Shown here: positions 47,167-60,575 of the stretch, piece after piece | Position numbering within the stretch: the stretch's first letter is position 1 | Layout of the letters: every line of letters begins with the position of its first letter | DNA from: the human T2T-CHM13v2.0 reference genome, Homo sapiens | Length of the DNA: 64,000 nucleotides | Assembly: GCF_009914755.1 (NCBI RefSeq) | Contig: NC_060925.1 | Reading direction: 5' to 3' (one strand) | The notes under the pieces: model-generated | The model's database searches: none | What the model was told of the DNA's origin: nothing | What the model saw: only the letters and a program-made list of their open reading frames with translations | Translations under genes and position numbers: made by a program

Positions 47167-47599
47167 ACAATGAGAACACGTGGACACAGGAAGGGGAACA
47201 TCACACTCTGGGGACTGTTGTGGGGTGGTGGGAGGGGGGGAGGGATAGCATTGGGAGATATACCTAATGCTAGATGACGAGTTAGTGGGTGCAGTGCACC
47301 AGCATGGCACATGTATACATATGTAACTAACCTGCACATTGTGCACATGTACCCTAAAACTTAAAGTATAATAATAATAAATTAAAAAAATAAAAAAAAA
47401 GAAAGAAACAATGTAATGCAGATTAGCACCAGATGGGCCCTCCAAAGTTAGAAAAATGAAGGGTGTTAGAAGGTACATTGAAAAGGGAAATGAAAAAAGG
47501 AGAGAGGCACAAATGAAAGCAAACTAACTCCAAGTTTCTGTGAATAGCTCATCCCAAATCCAGTAGCATATTTCTCTTTTAATACTAGAATCAGCCAAT

Positions 47600-48040
47600 T
47601 TTGGTTTGAAATTCTGGCTCTTTTCTTTCATCACTGTTTGATCCCAGGTAAGTTACCTAATTAATCTCCCTAAGCCTTATTTTCCTCATCCAGTAAATGA
47701 GAATAATAACACCTATACTGCATAATCATTGTAAGGATTAATTATATTGAGTGCTCAATTCCTAATTTTCCATAGCTATTAAACAAATGGTATCTGTTGT
47801 TATAACTATCACTATGAACCTTTTTATGGTGCTTTGCAGTGTATAGACAATATTCCTATCAGACATTATCTGATTCAATTATTGCAAAAAACATTTACAG
47901 ATAAGAAATGGAGGGTCAGTAAGATAAGCAAAATTAGTAAATTTTCAAGTCACATGTTGAAAAACATTTGGTTTTGGGAACCAAAACCCAAGTCTATTGA
48001 TTTTTAACTAACATTTTCTTCACTATACCATGATAAGTTA
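47600..48040. mobile_element. Two MIR fragments in opposite orientation
   Basis: TTTTCCTCATCCAGTAAATGAGAATAATAAC (plus strand) and ATTTACAGATAAGAAATGGAGG (minus strand). Confidence 0.55.
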
Positions 48041-48890
48041 AGAGTGAAGCAATAGTGCTATCTTCCTGCAAGAAAAAAGTATAATTATTCTTAAGTCTCT
48101 AAAGTAGATGAATAAATAGAAGTTGCATAGTTTATATAATGGTAATATTAATTAATGGAAAATGTGTACTCCAAATCAAAGAAAAGAAACCACTAAATGG
48201 AATTGTAAGAAACAGTATTTCTTAGAAACAAAATGACTATCAACTTTTCCTCATAGAAGACATTATTCTCAAATATATGTCTGAAGGCTAAACCATTGTT
48301 CCTTTGTCTTTTTTAAGAGCTACAACAAAATAGATTTTATAAACATGATTATCAGATGTTCTAGCACTATTTGGCATGACTTCATGCTTGTTATAGAATT
48401 AATTGTTCTTTCTAGTTGGCTTGGTGGGCACTTGTTTATACTCAGATGAATTAATTAATTATGCAAATGATCAATTGTACAACTATTTTAATATATAAAC
48501 TCTGTGCTAGTCTGTGCCTGTATGAAATGACTTGTGTCTATGTGATGTTTAATCTATTGAAATATGTGAATAAAAACATATAAATAAATCATATAAATAT
48601 TAATTGAGTTCTACTGTATGCCTTATACTGTGCTTGGCTGCAGATTAACAACAACATGTAGTTGCCCTCAAAGAGATTGCAGTTTGCTGGAAGAAAAAAA
48701 TGAAGAGACAAAAAATATCATGTAATGTACACCAATGAAATTTAATAAAGTCTAGTTTGTGATATAGGTCACAAAAATAACAAAAACACGTATTTCAGGG
48801 TTCTGTTTCTTTTTCTGAAAATAGCTGAGGGGAGACAGTGAGGATTAGGCATCTTCAGAACAGCTCTCTAGCTCTGTGGATCAACCACTG

Positions 48891-48901
48891 TGCTGAGTCA
48901 T
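48891..48901 (-). promoter_or_regulatory. Consensus NFE2/NRF2/BACH-MAF site (ARE) with embedded AP-1
   Basis: TGCTGAGTCAT is the reverse complement of ATGACTCAGCA. This is a motif match only; function is unknown. Confidence 0.35.
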
Positions 48902-49269
48902 GGGCCTCTGGGTACTCCCCTGCCTGTGGTCTTGTTCCTTGGAGTTGGTTTCCTGTAGAGTCAGCAGAAATGACTTCTAATCCAAGGCCACCTTGCTCTT
49001 AGTCAAGGGGCTTTTGAAAGAGTTGTGTCAAAGTATATGCCATGGGCCTTGTAGGGTAAACTGATAAATATATATATCGTTTTTTTAAACCAAGTTTTTC
49101 CTCTTAATTAGGTGGCTTTTCTACAATATAAAGATGGAAATGGGAAGAAGATGTTCATTGCAAATTAAGGTAATGTTCAGAGGCTATAAAAATGTGATCG
49201 GATACTTGGACAAAGGCAGTCCCTTTTGTGTGACTTTTTGTCTCTGATCATTTGCTATTTTAAGCCATC

Positions 49270-49490
49270 ATAATCATCGGATTCCTATATTACACTTATT
49301 TATGGTTTATAAAGTATTTTCATGCATTACTTTTTCTAATACGACACTGTGAAATAGAATGAGTATTCTATTCTCCTTTGACAAATGGGGAAACTGAGAC
49401 ATCACAAATTTATTTAATTTAATATCACATAGCGTATAAAGGCTGATCTGAGCATAAAACTCTATTATTCAGGCTCTAAAATTATTGCTT
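49270..49490 (-). mobile_element. MIR
   Basis: TTTGACAAATGGGGAAACTGAGAC core. Confidence 0.6.
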
Positions 49491-51077
49491 CTTTGACTCC
49501 AAAACACCAGTTTTATGCTGTGCCATCCCAAGTATTATGGTGCCTTTTCCTCTGCTCTTTTTTTTCTTCTTCTACTCTCCTCTCCTTCTCTCTATTTCTT
49601 TTATTTCTGTCTCTTCCTTTTTTCTCACTACATTCTCCATGCCCCATTCTTTGTCTTTCATTTCCTTTCAAGCCTATGAGGGGCAGGAGTCTGGCAGCCA
49701 AAGCAACAAAGAACCACTTCCACGGAAAAAGAGTAATGAGAAGTAACATGGGCTTTTATATATTAACAGTTCTTGCAAACAGTAACCAATTTCCAATGTT
49801 ATTTTCTGTCTGCTCCCGCCCATTTTTGAGTGAGTCCAAAACAAGGCCAACTAGGAACATCTGTGTATAAAGCATAACAAAAATAACATGTGTCACGTAT
49901 GTGACGATGATACAAGAATGACTTTATTGCTTGTGCTTTTATAACTACAGTCTAAGAAGGATAACTGGGAAGTGGGAGATGGAACAGAAAAGTCATCTTA
50001 AGCACAGTATTTCCATTCCTCTTTTCTAGACTGAGGTAATACGCCTTCTACTTCCACTAACTTTTTGTTTCTGCCTCTTTAAAACATTTGTTGAGATTTG
50101 TATTTGAAACTCTTTTTGGAAATAACTGGAACATGCACTTACTTCAGTAACATGCAGAACATTCAGTCCCCAACTCTCCAGAGTTCCAGAATGGCCCCTT
50201 TTGGAGTTTACAACTCATCCACCCATCTGTGCATTTGTTCCCCAGAGACCAGAGCGAAGCCAACAAAGATGAAAGTCTTTGCGAGTCTGTGCTTTTGAAC
50301 ATTAAACTACTGGATCTGGAGTCAGAAAAATTCTGCATTACAGATTTAAGATCTCCCTTTAGTATTTTGTGACCTTGATAAAAAAAAAAAAGCCACTTAA
50401 TTTCTCTGCAATTTCCTTACCTGCAAAATGAAGAGACTGGACTAGAACAGACCCCTATGATTTTAAGATATTGTAGGAATAGCTTGTGTTTCCAATGCCC
50501 TGAAATGCTGAAAAAAAAATGCAGAAGGCCACTTGGGTAGATGGAAATCACTTTCCAGTTTATTTTTCACTGATTTTTACAATAACATTATAATAGAACA
50601 GATGTTTTTAAGGATTAATGAGTGATAGATATAAATTGCCATAATAATATTGCTTTACTGTTTTCATCCTGGTTCATTAACTGTCATTAGAGCTACCATG
50701 TGACTTGTATTTTGCATGTTCTGTGATGTAATCATCTAGTAGCTGTATTCCTTCCTCCACCAAAGGGTCCCCAAGCCTACCATTTGAATCAATGGAGGTG
50801 TGAAATTCATTTCCAGATAATCTCTTTAGGAGATCACAAGGTCATTGGTTCTCATCAAGAATATGGATGAGGAAAACAAGATACTAGAATAGAGCAAGAA
50901 AAAGAGAAGCCAATTCCCACTGCTCCCTGAAGTTTAAATAGTTCCCCTGTGATTTCAACCTCAGTTCTGTTCTGCTTTTAATTTAAAACCATTCTCTACC
51001 AGGCAACTGATTTTTGCTAGTCTCTTGGGTGATTTTCTAAGACAGATTTCACTGTATTCTACCCTTGTGTGTGCACT

Positions 51078-51149
51078 TAGCTCCCATTAGCAGTAATGGG
51101 TGTTATGCATGTATAGCTCCCATTAACAATAATGGAAATTATGCATGTG
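51078..51149. repeat. Two-copy 36-bp tandem repeat with internal palindromes
   Basis: TAGCTCCCATTAGCAGTAATGGGTGTTATGCATGTA and TAGCTCCCATTAACAATAATGGAAATTATGCATGTG. Confidence 0.85.
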
Positions 51150-51989
51150 CATCCAGAGGAAAGGATGCTCCCCAATGTTGGAATTTTTTCCGAAGGAAAA
51201 GTACTCCTTATGCAGCATTTGGCTTTTGTTTTAGGCTCTTTATTGTGGTGACGATTTGTGCTGCAGAGAATGAACATGGTGTGAAAGACTGCCAGCTTCC
51301 CCGTGTGCAATCTGTACAGTATTTTTTAAAATCTTGTCTTATAATTTTTTGCGTGACTAAAACAACAGTCAGGCAACAGTCAGGAAAAACTTGTTAAAGA
51401 GGTAAAATAGATCCAGATCAATTAATAAAGGGTCATGAATGGGGGCTAAATAAGTCTCTTACAGCTAGGAATTCTGGTAGGTAATGTCACCTGTTTCAAG
51501 ATAACAAAGAGTAGATTTGTACAGATGGAAAAAATAATCCTTTAAAAATAACCAAGTGCTATTTATGCAGACCATAATAACATTCCTCCAGATGAATGTG
51601 TCTTAACCCGAAGAGACAATTTTTATCATAACACATTGATAAAAAATGGTAGGCCAAAGGTGATATTATAAGGGGCTGTGAATCATTGGCATATTAATTT
51701 TAGAACAAATTGTGCAAAAAAGAATCTTTAATATGAAGTCAAGAATATGATTCATCTTCATCTTTATGAGTGGTAGAATACATTTAATACTTGAAATGTT
51801 TTTGAATTGTCAAAGTGAGGGTCTAAGTAATTTATCTCTTCTGAGAGTGCCTTTTGCTGAATATCCAGTATTATTGTTCATTTGTAAGATAAACTTGTCT
51901 GTGTCTAGTCTTGGACAACCCCTGACAATGCTTGGTGATGAATAAAGTCAGACTCTGTGTAAGAGTTGGGTTTTGATAGTAAGAGTGAG

Positions 51990-52170
51990 GCATATAAAAA
52001 GCCCTGGAGTGTTTAAGAGCACAAGCTTTGGGGAGAGATCCACCTGCATTTAAATGCTGACCCTGTCACCTGGGAATTTATTTTACTTCTCTGAGCCCAA
52101 GTTACCTCGTATGTAAAATGAGAATCATAATTCTTATCTTGTAGTTGTGAGGATTAAACAAGATCTAAAA
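51990..52170 (+). mobile_element. MIR
   Basis: CTTCTCTGAGCCCAAGTTACCTCGTATGTAAAATGAGAAT...GTTGTGAGGATTAAA. Confidence 0.65.
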
Positions 52171-53084
52171 TTGCATTACCAGAACTATTATTAACAATTA
52201 TTAATCTATTTAGGGAAATAAAATTTGACAGTACTAGATGTCAAAACATTTCTCTAGCCATATCATGTGGACCAGTATCAAATTATCTCAAATCTGTTGT
52301 GTAATTTAAATACGATCTATTTTTTATTATTTAACAATAAACATGCCTGTCATAACCTGTACTTCTATTTTTAGGGGAAGAATAAACATAACAATATTCT
52401 CAGGAAAAGAACCCCAAATACACAGGTTGACATCTACTTTATTTTTCATACTAACCAAACTTAAATCATTATAAACTTTAAATTTTTTTAAAAACATACA
52501 GCTACACAATTTTTCTGAAAGTGATGAGAACTCATATTTTCTTTTTCTTGTTTCCTTAGCATTATGATATTTAATGTGCAAAAATTTATAAGCAAGGAAC
52601 TTCTTTGCAAAGTTTATACATACATTCTTACTGTTGCTGTCTTGATAATGCAACATCATGTAAAAATATAGATTTTACCCATTAATTTCATAGATTAGCT
52701 AGTCACTTAGCATATTGCTTTGGAGGGACAGACTATCTGTGTGATTAGGGCATACCTAATCAATCTCCCTACACCTTGATTCTTCATCTGCAAAATTAGA
52801 AAAGTAGTGTTAACTTCATCAGGTTGTTTTCAGAGTAAATACATTAACATATAACATATGTGGTGTTGACAAGTTGATTCTCCCAGGAAGGTCTTGAGAA
52901 TGGAGAGAGCAGCCTTAAGAAGGAACCACAGCTGTAGGCTATGGGAAGCCAGCACTGCAGAGAGGTACTTTGCTCCTGAGGAAACACTGGGGTGGGAAAC
53001 TAAGTGATGATGAGAATGCGGAGGATTCTGTGAGGCGATAAAGGATGTATATTTTGCTGATTGCTCAGATTTTCCTGGGAACAG

Positions 53085-53437
53085 TGATATGGATTGGCTT
53101 TGTGTCCCCATCAAAATCTCATCTCCAATTGTAATTCCCACATGTCAAGAGAGGGACCTGGTGGGAGGTGATTGGATCATGGAAGTGGCTTCCCCTATGC
53201 TGTTCTCATGATAGTGAGGCAGTGCTCATGAGATCTGATGGTTTAGTTCCTACTCACTGTCTCTCTTCTGCCACTATGAAGAGGGTACTTTGCTTCCCCT
53301 TCACCTTCCGCCATGATTGTAAGTTTCCTGAGGCCTCCCCAGCCATGCAGAACTGTGAGTCAATTAAACCTCCTTTCTTTGTAAATTACCCAGTCTCAGG
53401 TAGTATCTTTATAGCAATGTGAGAAGAGAGTAATACA
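53085..53437 (+). mobile_element. THE1D-like MaLR solo LTR
   Basis: TGATATGG...TGTGTCCCCA..AAAATCTCATC...CCGCCATGATTGTAAGTTTCCTGAGGCCTCCCCAGCCATG...TAATACA; about 350 bp. Confidence 0.88.
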
Positions 53438-53959
53438 GATAGCATAGCCAGCTGTAATTAGTACGTGCCTTGGTTCTTTTCAGAGAGATTTGCCCTGATG
53501 CTAACAGGTGAAGCTTATTTCCAAAAGATATCCTCTGTTTTGTCCTAGGATAGATGTTGAATTACAATTTTATCATGGCCAATGACTACATTAAACAATT
53601 CCCCCTTTAATGCCTGATTTTTGGAAAGATTCATTTTTTTAAAACAGAAAAATTGCATTAATGATTGGGGTCCTCATTTTTGTGACATGTGTATCTGTTA
53701 ATCAGGATTTGTGATTATGTCTAGATAGAGTTTCCACAGAGTTGATATAATTTGTCTTAATTTTTTTAAAAAAGGAATTATCTAGAGTTTTTTTTTACTA
53801 AATATTTAATTTAGATTTTATTATTTATTTTTGAAACAGTGAACATAGCTCGTGGACCCCTTGAGGATCTATGAACTTGAACTTGTTACTATTGCTTATA
53901 TATCACTACGTATAAAATCTGTGCATGCTGATTTGCTGAGGTTCCGATAGAGCCATTGG

Positions 53960-54500
53960 GTAACTAATAATCAGTATCCCAAAGACTCTCTATCCTCTTA
54001 TTACTTTCTTTTTCTTTTATAGCACTTATTACCACCTGCACCTATATGTTTTGCTTTTGTTCCTTGTCTGTCACTGTGAGAGCAGTGACTTTGTCTATTG
54101 TTCTTACTGCTGTATCTCTGTGACCTAGATCATTGTCTGGCATACAGTAGGTCCTCAATACCTGCTTGTTGAATGAAGTAGTTGATAATTGCTTCTTTTC
54201 AATAGCTACATTCTCCTGTATCAGTGCAATGGGAGAAACAGGAGGTTTCTGTGTGGTTCTGTCTGCAAGATAGGCAGCATGGTACTGCGTACCAACTCCA
54301 TCTCTTCGGCAAAAGATGTAGGTGTGAGCCCAACCTTTTCCATGAGCTATTTTGGCACGTCAGTTAATCTCTCTGAGCCTTGGATTTTGGATCTGTGTGA
54401 AGGGGATAATAATACTACTCTCACAGGTTGCAGTAAAGATGAAGCATGATAATATATATCCTACTGTTTCGTGGACTGCAAATCTTAGCTGTTACTAGCA
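53960..54500 (+). mobile_element. L2 3' end followed by MIR
   Basis: CTGGCATACAGTAGGTCCTCAATA...TTGTTGAATGA (L2); TTAATCTCTCTGAGCCT...GGGGATAATAATAC (MIR). Confidence 0.6.
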
Positions 54501-56899
54501 TATGGCATCACTGGAAAAAATGAGACATTTGGGACATCGTCCAAATAGTTGTGCTCTGCCTCTAAAAGCTATATGAGCTTGGGGCAAATCTCTTAACTTT
54601 TCTAGGTCTCAATTTCTTCACCTGCAAGAGAGTTGTTATTAATGATCCCAAATGTGCATCCAGCTATGAAAATCCATGTCACTAAAGACTACATTTTTCT
54701 TTTCACATTCCTTCCTGTGGTTAGGGATCATATAGGTGTTCCTACAATTTCTATGAAAATGCCATAAAAGAGATTTAACATCAGGTGTTTGCTTCATTTT
54801 CTTATCACCATTAGGCATTGTCCTACTTAGCGTGACAAATTCACTGCCTAACAGTGCTCATGTTTTCAGTATCTTTTACTACAGCCGCCCCAAGTAGCTA
54901 CAAGGAGCACCTTTCCCCGCATAATTACTACTGTTGACGTGAGACAGCACATTTGACAGAGGCGGCTTGCTGTGTTGGCAGGAAGGGTGCCGAGTTATCC
55001 TGGAATCTGGCCTTTCACATTCACATTATTCTGCCTTTGGAAGAAGGTGCCCTCCACCCCTCACTAAATGTGAGAAAGAAAACTGCTTTGCCTGTACAGA
55101 ACACTCTATTTACAGAGACTTTCTGAGGGGATTATGACAGCCATGGGCTGGATTTATGGGTGAGCTGTGCTTACCAGGTCACATCTTACATCGCAGGCTG
55201 ATGAAACTCACTGTTCATGTTAACCGTCTGTACTCTCTACACGGAGTGGAGCCTGTGCCTTCCCCTAGGAATCAGGAACGGAGGGCTGGGGAAGCTTCTG
55301 CTTTGCATTGAGGAGCTTGATAGCATGCAGCGGGATGCTGTTCTTAGGAAAGGAAACTTCCTTTAGGGCAACTTTTTTCCCCCCACATAGCAGATGTAGA
55401 ATTCCTCTGTACCTGTTTAAAATCCTTGTTGGGGTTGCTAAACAGCAGATATACATGAAGCTATTGGGAACTAGGAGTGAATGTGGGCAGAACAATGCCT
55501 GGGTGGGTAGCTACACATTGGATTTTGGTGTGATAGGCGGAGTGACAGAGACTGCAAAGATCAACTGGTCTTCAAGTACCTTATATTTCAATTTAATAAA
55601 ATGTTTTAAGGCTTGCCATAATCTCATTCCAATTTGTAGGTCTACTCTTTCCCACTTTTCCCCAGAATATGTACTTAATTCCAATCAGGCAAATCTTACA
55701 GTCTTTAATAAGTCACATTCAAGTTCACCTGGTGTTACTTTGCTCATGTTATGCCTTTGGTCTAGAGAAATTCATCAAATTCTACTACTTCTTTTAAGTT
55801 ACAGATCAAATGCTGCCTGTATCATTTGACCACAAAAAGCTATATAAATGTTTCCTTTCTCTGAACTATTACTATATTTTATGCTTACTTGTCAGATTTA
55901 ACTCCCTCATAAATTATATAGCCCTTGATGTCAGAACAAAGGTATATACTTTTTCCAATTTCTCATGATCCTATGTGAATGTTGGAAATCTAGTCAGTTC
56001 ACACAATTTTCTTGTTTTTTGTTTGCAAAATTCTAAATGGTTTTTAACAATTTTTTCTCCCGTATTAAAATGACAGTAGTTTTGATCTACAATACTGTGT
56101 CTTTTATTTTGAATTCTTCTTTTTCAATTTGTAAAGAGCCATGCACAGAGTCTAGCACAGGCTCTGGCATATACACATGCTCAAGAAATGTTAGCTTTAC
56201 CAACTCCACTTTCACTGGCTTTGTTTCTTGTGGCAGGTTGCTATGTCAACATAGAACATGTTTTATGCTTACTTCTTCCAAAACAGTTGCCCCCACATCC
56301 TTCTCCAAGGTCTTCAGAAAGAAGGGCAACCATAATTCATTTTCTTTCAGTCACTGTCTTCTTTCTTTGCCCCCTCACGATAATTCTTTCTGCTAGTCAG
56401 TATTATTTCCGGCATCTTCTAAATTTATTTTTCCCTTTAACCAATGTGCCAGCTTCTTTCCCCTGGAAATCTTCCATAATTAATGGACTGTTTATGCATA
56501 ACCATAATATTATAAATGCCTTAAGAAAAACTATTATCAGTGATCATATAGTTGGGCATTTTTTGTGCATTTCTTTCCAAAATGGTGGCAAGATCTTTCA
56601 GTTATTGGGTTTCGTATATATAGAATGCATTCAAAGTCATTTGCTTAGATTTTCCTAATGCTTCCTAATCATTCTTAATTAATTTCAGATATAAATAGAA
56701 TGTGACATTTTTCTGTTTAAAAAAATTTTATTTAGCACAAAAGTACGGCATGCAACAGCTGTTTGAAAAGAACCCAAAATGAAGAATTATAGCATCATGA
56801 ACTGAAAGATTAATTATGTTTCTTATTAATTTGTTTTTGTTTTTGAAACTAGTTTGAATTTCTTCTAAAACTTGATATTTTTGGGAAAAGGACACAAGC

Positions 56900-57130
56900 T
56901 CTCTTAAAAAGTATTGTATTGTGGAATTAGATCCATGTGAGTTTCTGGCTCTGCCATTCCCTAATCAGATGACTTTAGACAATTTATTTAACTTCCCCGG
57001 GCCTCGCTTTTCTTGTATGTAGAATGGGTATAGAAGAGTTGCACCTACCTTTAAGATTTTTGAGTTTATTAAATTAAATAGTGTTTGTAGGAGACAACAC
57101 AATGCTTGCCATATAGTAGACACTTGTTAC
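56900..57130 (+). mobile_element. MIR
   Basis: CTGGCTCTGCCA...TGACTTTAGACAATTTATTTAACTTCCCCGGGCCTCGCTTTTCTTGTATGTAGAATGGG. Confidence 0.65.
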
Positions 57131-57604
57131 AACTCTGGAGTGATTGTTTCAAACTTTTCTTATTTTATGGCATACCAATAATTTCCCAGGCACCTAACTT
57201 AGTCTGACATTATTTGTAGCTTTGTATTCACTGGAGCCTGCCAGCTGTAGCCCTTAGGAAGTTGCAGAACTGAGGCTCCATTAATTGAATTGTTTGCCAA
57301 TGACTTAAGGGCTCCCCATGAAAACTAGACAGAAATGTGAGGAGGTTTAGCCATAAACAAAATATATAAAGGAGAAAATTAATTCATGGTGTCTATTGCC
57401 TTAGCATTTACTTTTTCTATCTCATTGTTTACAACTGTCATGTGCCTGGGTATGTGTGACAGCAGCTGTAATGGGATATGGCATTAATTCAGTTCACAGA
57501 CATAAGTTTCAAGCATAATATGGTTACAGGTGGCCATGGTGATAAATAACAAGGGGCAGTTCAAGCAAAGAGTCAGAGAGCTCTAACATGGAGTACTTTT
57601 TACT

Positions 57605-58040
57605 CCATTTTATTTATTCATTCATTTATTCATTTTTATTCATCAAATATTTATTAAGGAACTTCTATGTTTCAGGCACCGGTCTAGGTGCCTGGGATAT
57701 TTAAGCAAACAGAGGCAGAATTTCCTGTGGCAGAAGCTTAAAGTCTAGAAGAACAGAACAAAACAGAGTAAATATATAATCAAGTAGAACAGATACACAA
57801 TCAAATAGAGCAAATATACAATAAATAGGACAGATACACAATATAATGATAGGAGAAGTATAGAAAGATAGAAGAGTATAGAGAGGAACCTACCTGATAT
57901 ATAAATGATGGAAGGTCTCCTTAAAGGAGTGCTATTTAAGCTGAATAGGCAATAGCAAGAGGGAAATGTATCTTGTTTCATGGAGAGGAAAGTATGTATG
58001 AAAAACCACAGGGGCTTGCGTGAGCATGCTGAGAATGAGG
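57605..58040 (-). mobile_element. L2 3' region
   Basis: (ATTC)n tail, then CAAATATTTATTAAGG..CTTCTATGTTTCAGGCAC...CTAGGTGC. Confidence 0.65.
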
Positions 58041-58555
58041 GCCTGCAAGGCAAGCTAACATTTTGTCACCCCTTAAAAAGGATATTTAAACAACTATTTA
58101 TTCAATATTTATTTCTTGGGGCCAGGGAGAAATTGATTTTTCTATTAAGAAAAATTGTATGCAAAACACATTCACCTAGTAATTCACTTCAGCTGGGTCA
58201 AAGCAGAGTTTATTTTGTGGAATTATTTAGCAAAACGTTCCCCATTTTCTTCTCTTTCTTCAGTTTACGTGTGTTTTGAGCCAGAGAACTTCTTGGGAGG
58301 TGTACTAAAAAAGCAAAATTTAGATAATAAAATAAATGACTCATCCCTGATAAACAACACTATGCCACATATTATTTGGGTTTAGAAATTTAGCTTGCTG
58401 CCAACTTTCAGCTGTTACTCTAAATATATTTTGCAGAACTACTTAAGAAATCAATTTGTGTAGGGGATGGGAGAATATTTTTATTTACATTTGATAATGC
58501 TGACTCCCTTTCCAGGAGCAACATCAGTGTACATTTTGCATTAAACAAGGAGTTG

Positions 58556-58960
<405 letters not shown>

Positions 58961-59037
58961 TCAGGTCCTTAAATAAATGACTGGAGCATAAAGTACGAAG
59001 GAAGAGTATGTGAGACGAGACTGAAAAGGTGAATGGG

Positions 59038-59201
59038 GGCCAGGCACAATGACTCATACCTGTAGTCTCAGCTACCCCAGGAGGCTGATGTGAGAGGATC
59101 ACCAGAGCCCAGGAGTTCCAGGCTGCAGTGAGCCATGATCACGCCACTGCGTTACAGCCTGGGTGACAGAATGAGACTCTTGTCTGAAAAAAAAAAAAAA
59201 A
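59038..59201 (+). mobile_element. FRAM-like free right Alu monomer
   Basis: Single monomer of about 165 bp with GAGCCCAGGAGTTCCAGGCTGCAGTGAGCCATGATC and an A tail; flanks GTGAATGGG and GTAAATGGG resemble a decayed TSD. Confidence 0.8.
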
Positions 59202-59929
59202 GTAAATGGGGTTTAATTATGAGGGGCCTTGTATGATATATGAGGAGTTTTCAGTTTGTCTGTTAAAAAACGTGAGACCATGGAAGAGTCTTAAGCAAGA
59301 GAATGACAAGGCAAAATTTTTGGTCTAGAAAGATCTTTCTTGCCTCAGTGTGGACCAAAGCCTGGGAGAAAGACTTCAAAAAGGAAAACGCATTAATAGA
59401 ATGTTGAAACGATTGAGGTGAGAAATGATAGTAGCTTGAATGATAGTGGCTTGAATTCCATCAGTAAGGATGCAAAAAAGTAGAGTTTAGGGAGTGTGTC
59501 AACACTCCCTAATACCAGAAATATTAGGGTAGGCATTATCAGGTGAACCTATTGTCAGGTAACGAAGCTCCATCCCCTAGAATGGAGTTCAAGGGCAGGA
59601 CTACTCCAGTCCACGGTCACAAGGCATGAATGGTAATGGTGAGATAAGCTTTAATATCCAATATGTGAGGAATTATAGACCTCCAGGTAATTACAGTGGG
59701 GATCCTGGTGATGGAACTGACATGCCAGGTAGAGACCTTTTTAAGTAAAAGAGTATGAGAACAGGAGTGTGCGGGTGGGGGTGATAGTGAATGCTACAAT
59801 TCAGTGAGGATGTGGATCTGTGAGAGAACTGTCTGAGGGTTTTCATGACACAGTCTTGTATCAACAGCTAGTTGGAAAGAATTTAAGAGACTAGAATGCT
59901 AATAGCTGATAATGGCATAATGTTTTACA

Positions 59930-60490
59930 TATTCAGTTTTTGCCTTCCTCTGCACAGCAGTCAGAATTGTTAAATAGAAACCTGATCATGTATTCCTCTG
60001 CTTAAGACATTTGGGGGTTAGGGGTTGGATCAAGACCAAAACCTTCCTTATGGTTTACACAGCCCTGAGTATTCTAGCTCCTGGGTCACCTTTTGACCTC
60101 ATCTTAAGGCATTCTCCTCTATCCCTAGGTTTCAGCCATCTGAGTCTTCGTCATTGTTTTAGTTTGTTTTGTTTAAAAATGTTAAACAATATTCTTCTTA
60201 TTCCAAGACCTCCAGACATTCTGTTTTCTCTGCTTTAAAACTCTCTTCTCTTCCTTTCCATGTACTTTTAGATTTTAGCTTTAATGCTGCTTTCTCAGGA
60301 AAGTTCCCCTTGTTATATATTCTCATGCTAACCTTCACTTCTTTTTCATGACACTTATAATTATAATTAATCATTTCAGGAATAAGTACTCACATGTCTG
60401 TCTCCACAAATAAACTATAAACTTCAAGAGACGGAGAACTATGTATGCTTATTTGTTGTGCTATATCTTGTGGCTAGCACAGTGCCTGAC

Positions 60491-60545
<55 letters not shown>

Positions 60546-60575
60546 ATTAATAAATGTTTGTTAAATGAGTAGTTG
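59930..60575 (+). mobile_element. L2 3' region
   Basis: CTCTGCACAGCAGTCAGA...CTGATCATG..TCCTCTGCTTAA...CTAGCACAGTGCCTGACATAT...AATAAATGTTTGTTAAATGA. Confidence 0.7.
60491..60543. repeat. Compound (TA)n(CA)n microsatellite
   Basis: Read directly from the sequence; likely a polymorphic STR. Confidence 0.92.

Noticed and set aside
51078-51149. CRISPR-like reading of the 36-bp palindromic repeat
   Set aside because: Only two adjacent diverged units, no spacer, no cas genes, and a eukaryotic context.
55308-55829. 173-aa ORF (and the 156-aa ORF at 56188-56658)
   Set aside because: Non-ATG or weak starts, overlap with decayed L2-like sequence, no recognisable motifs; consistent with chance.
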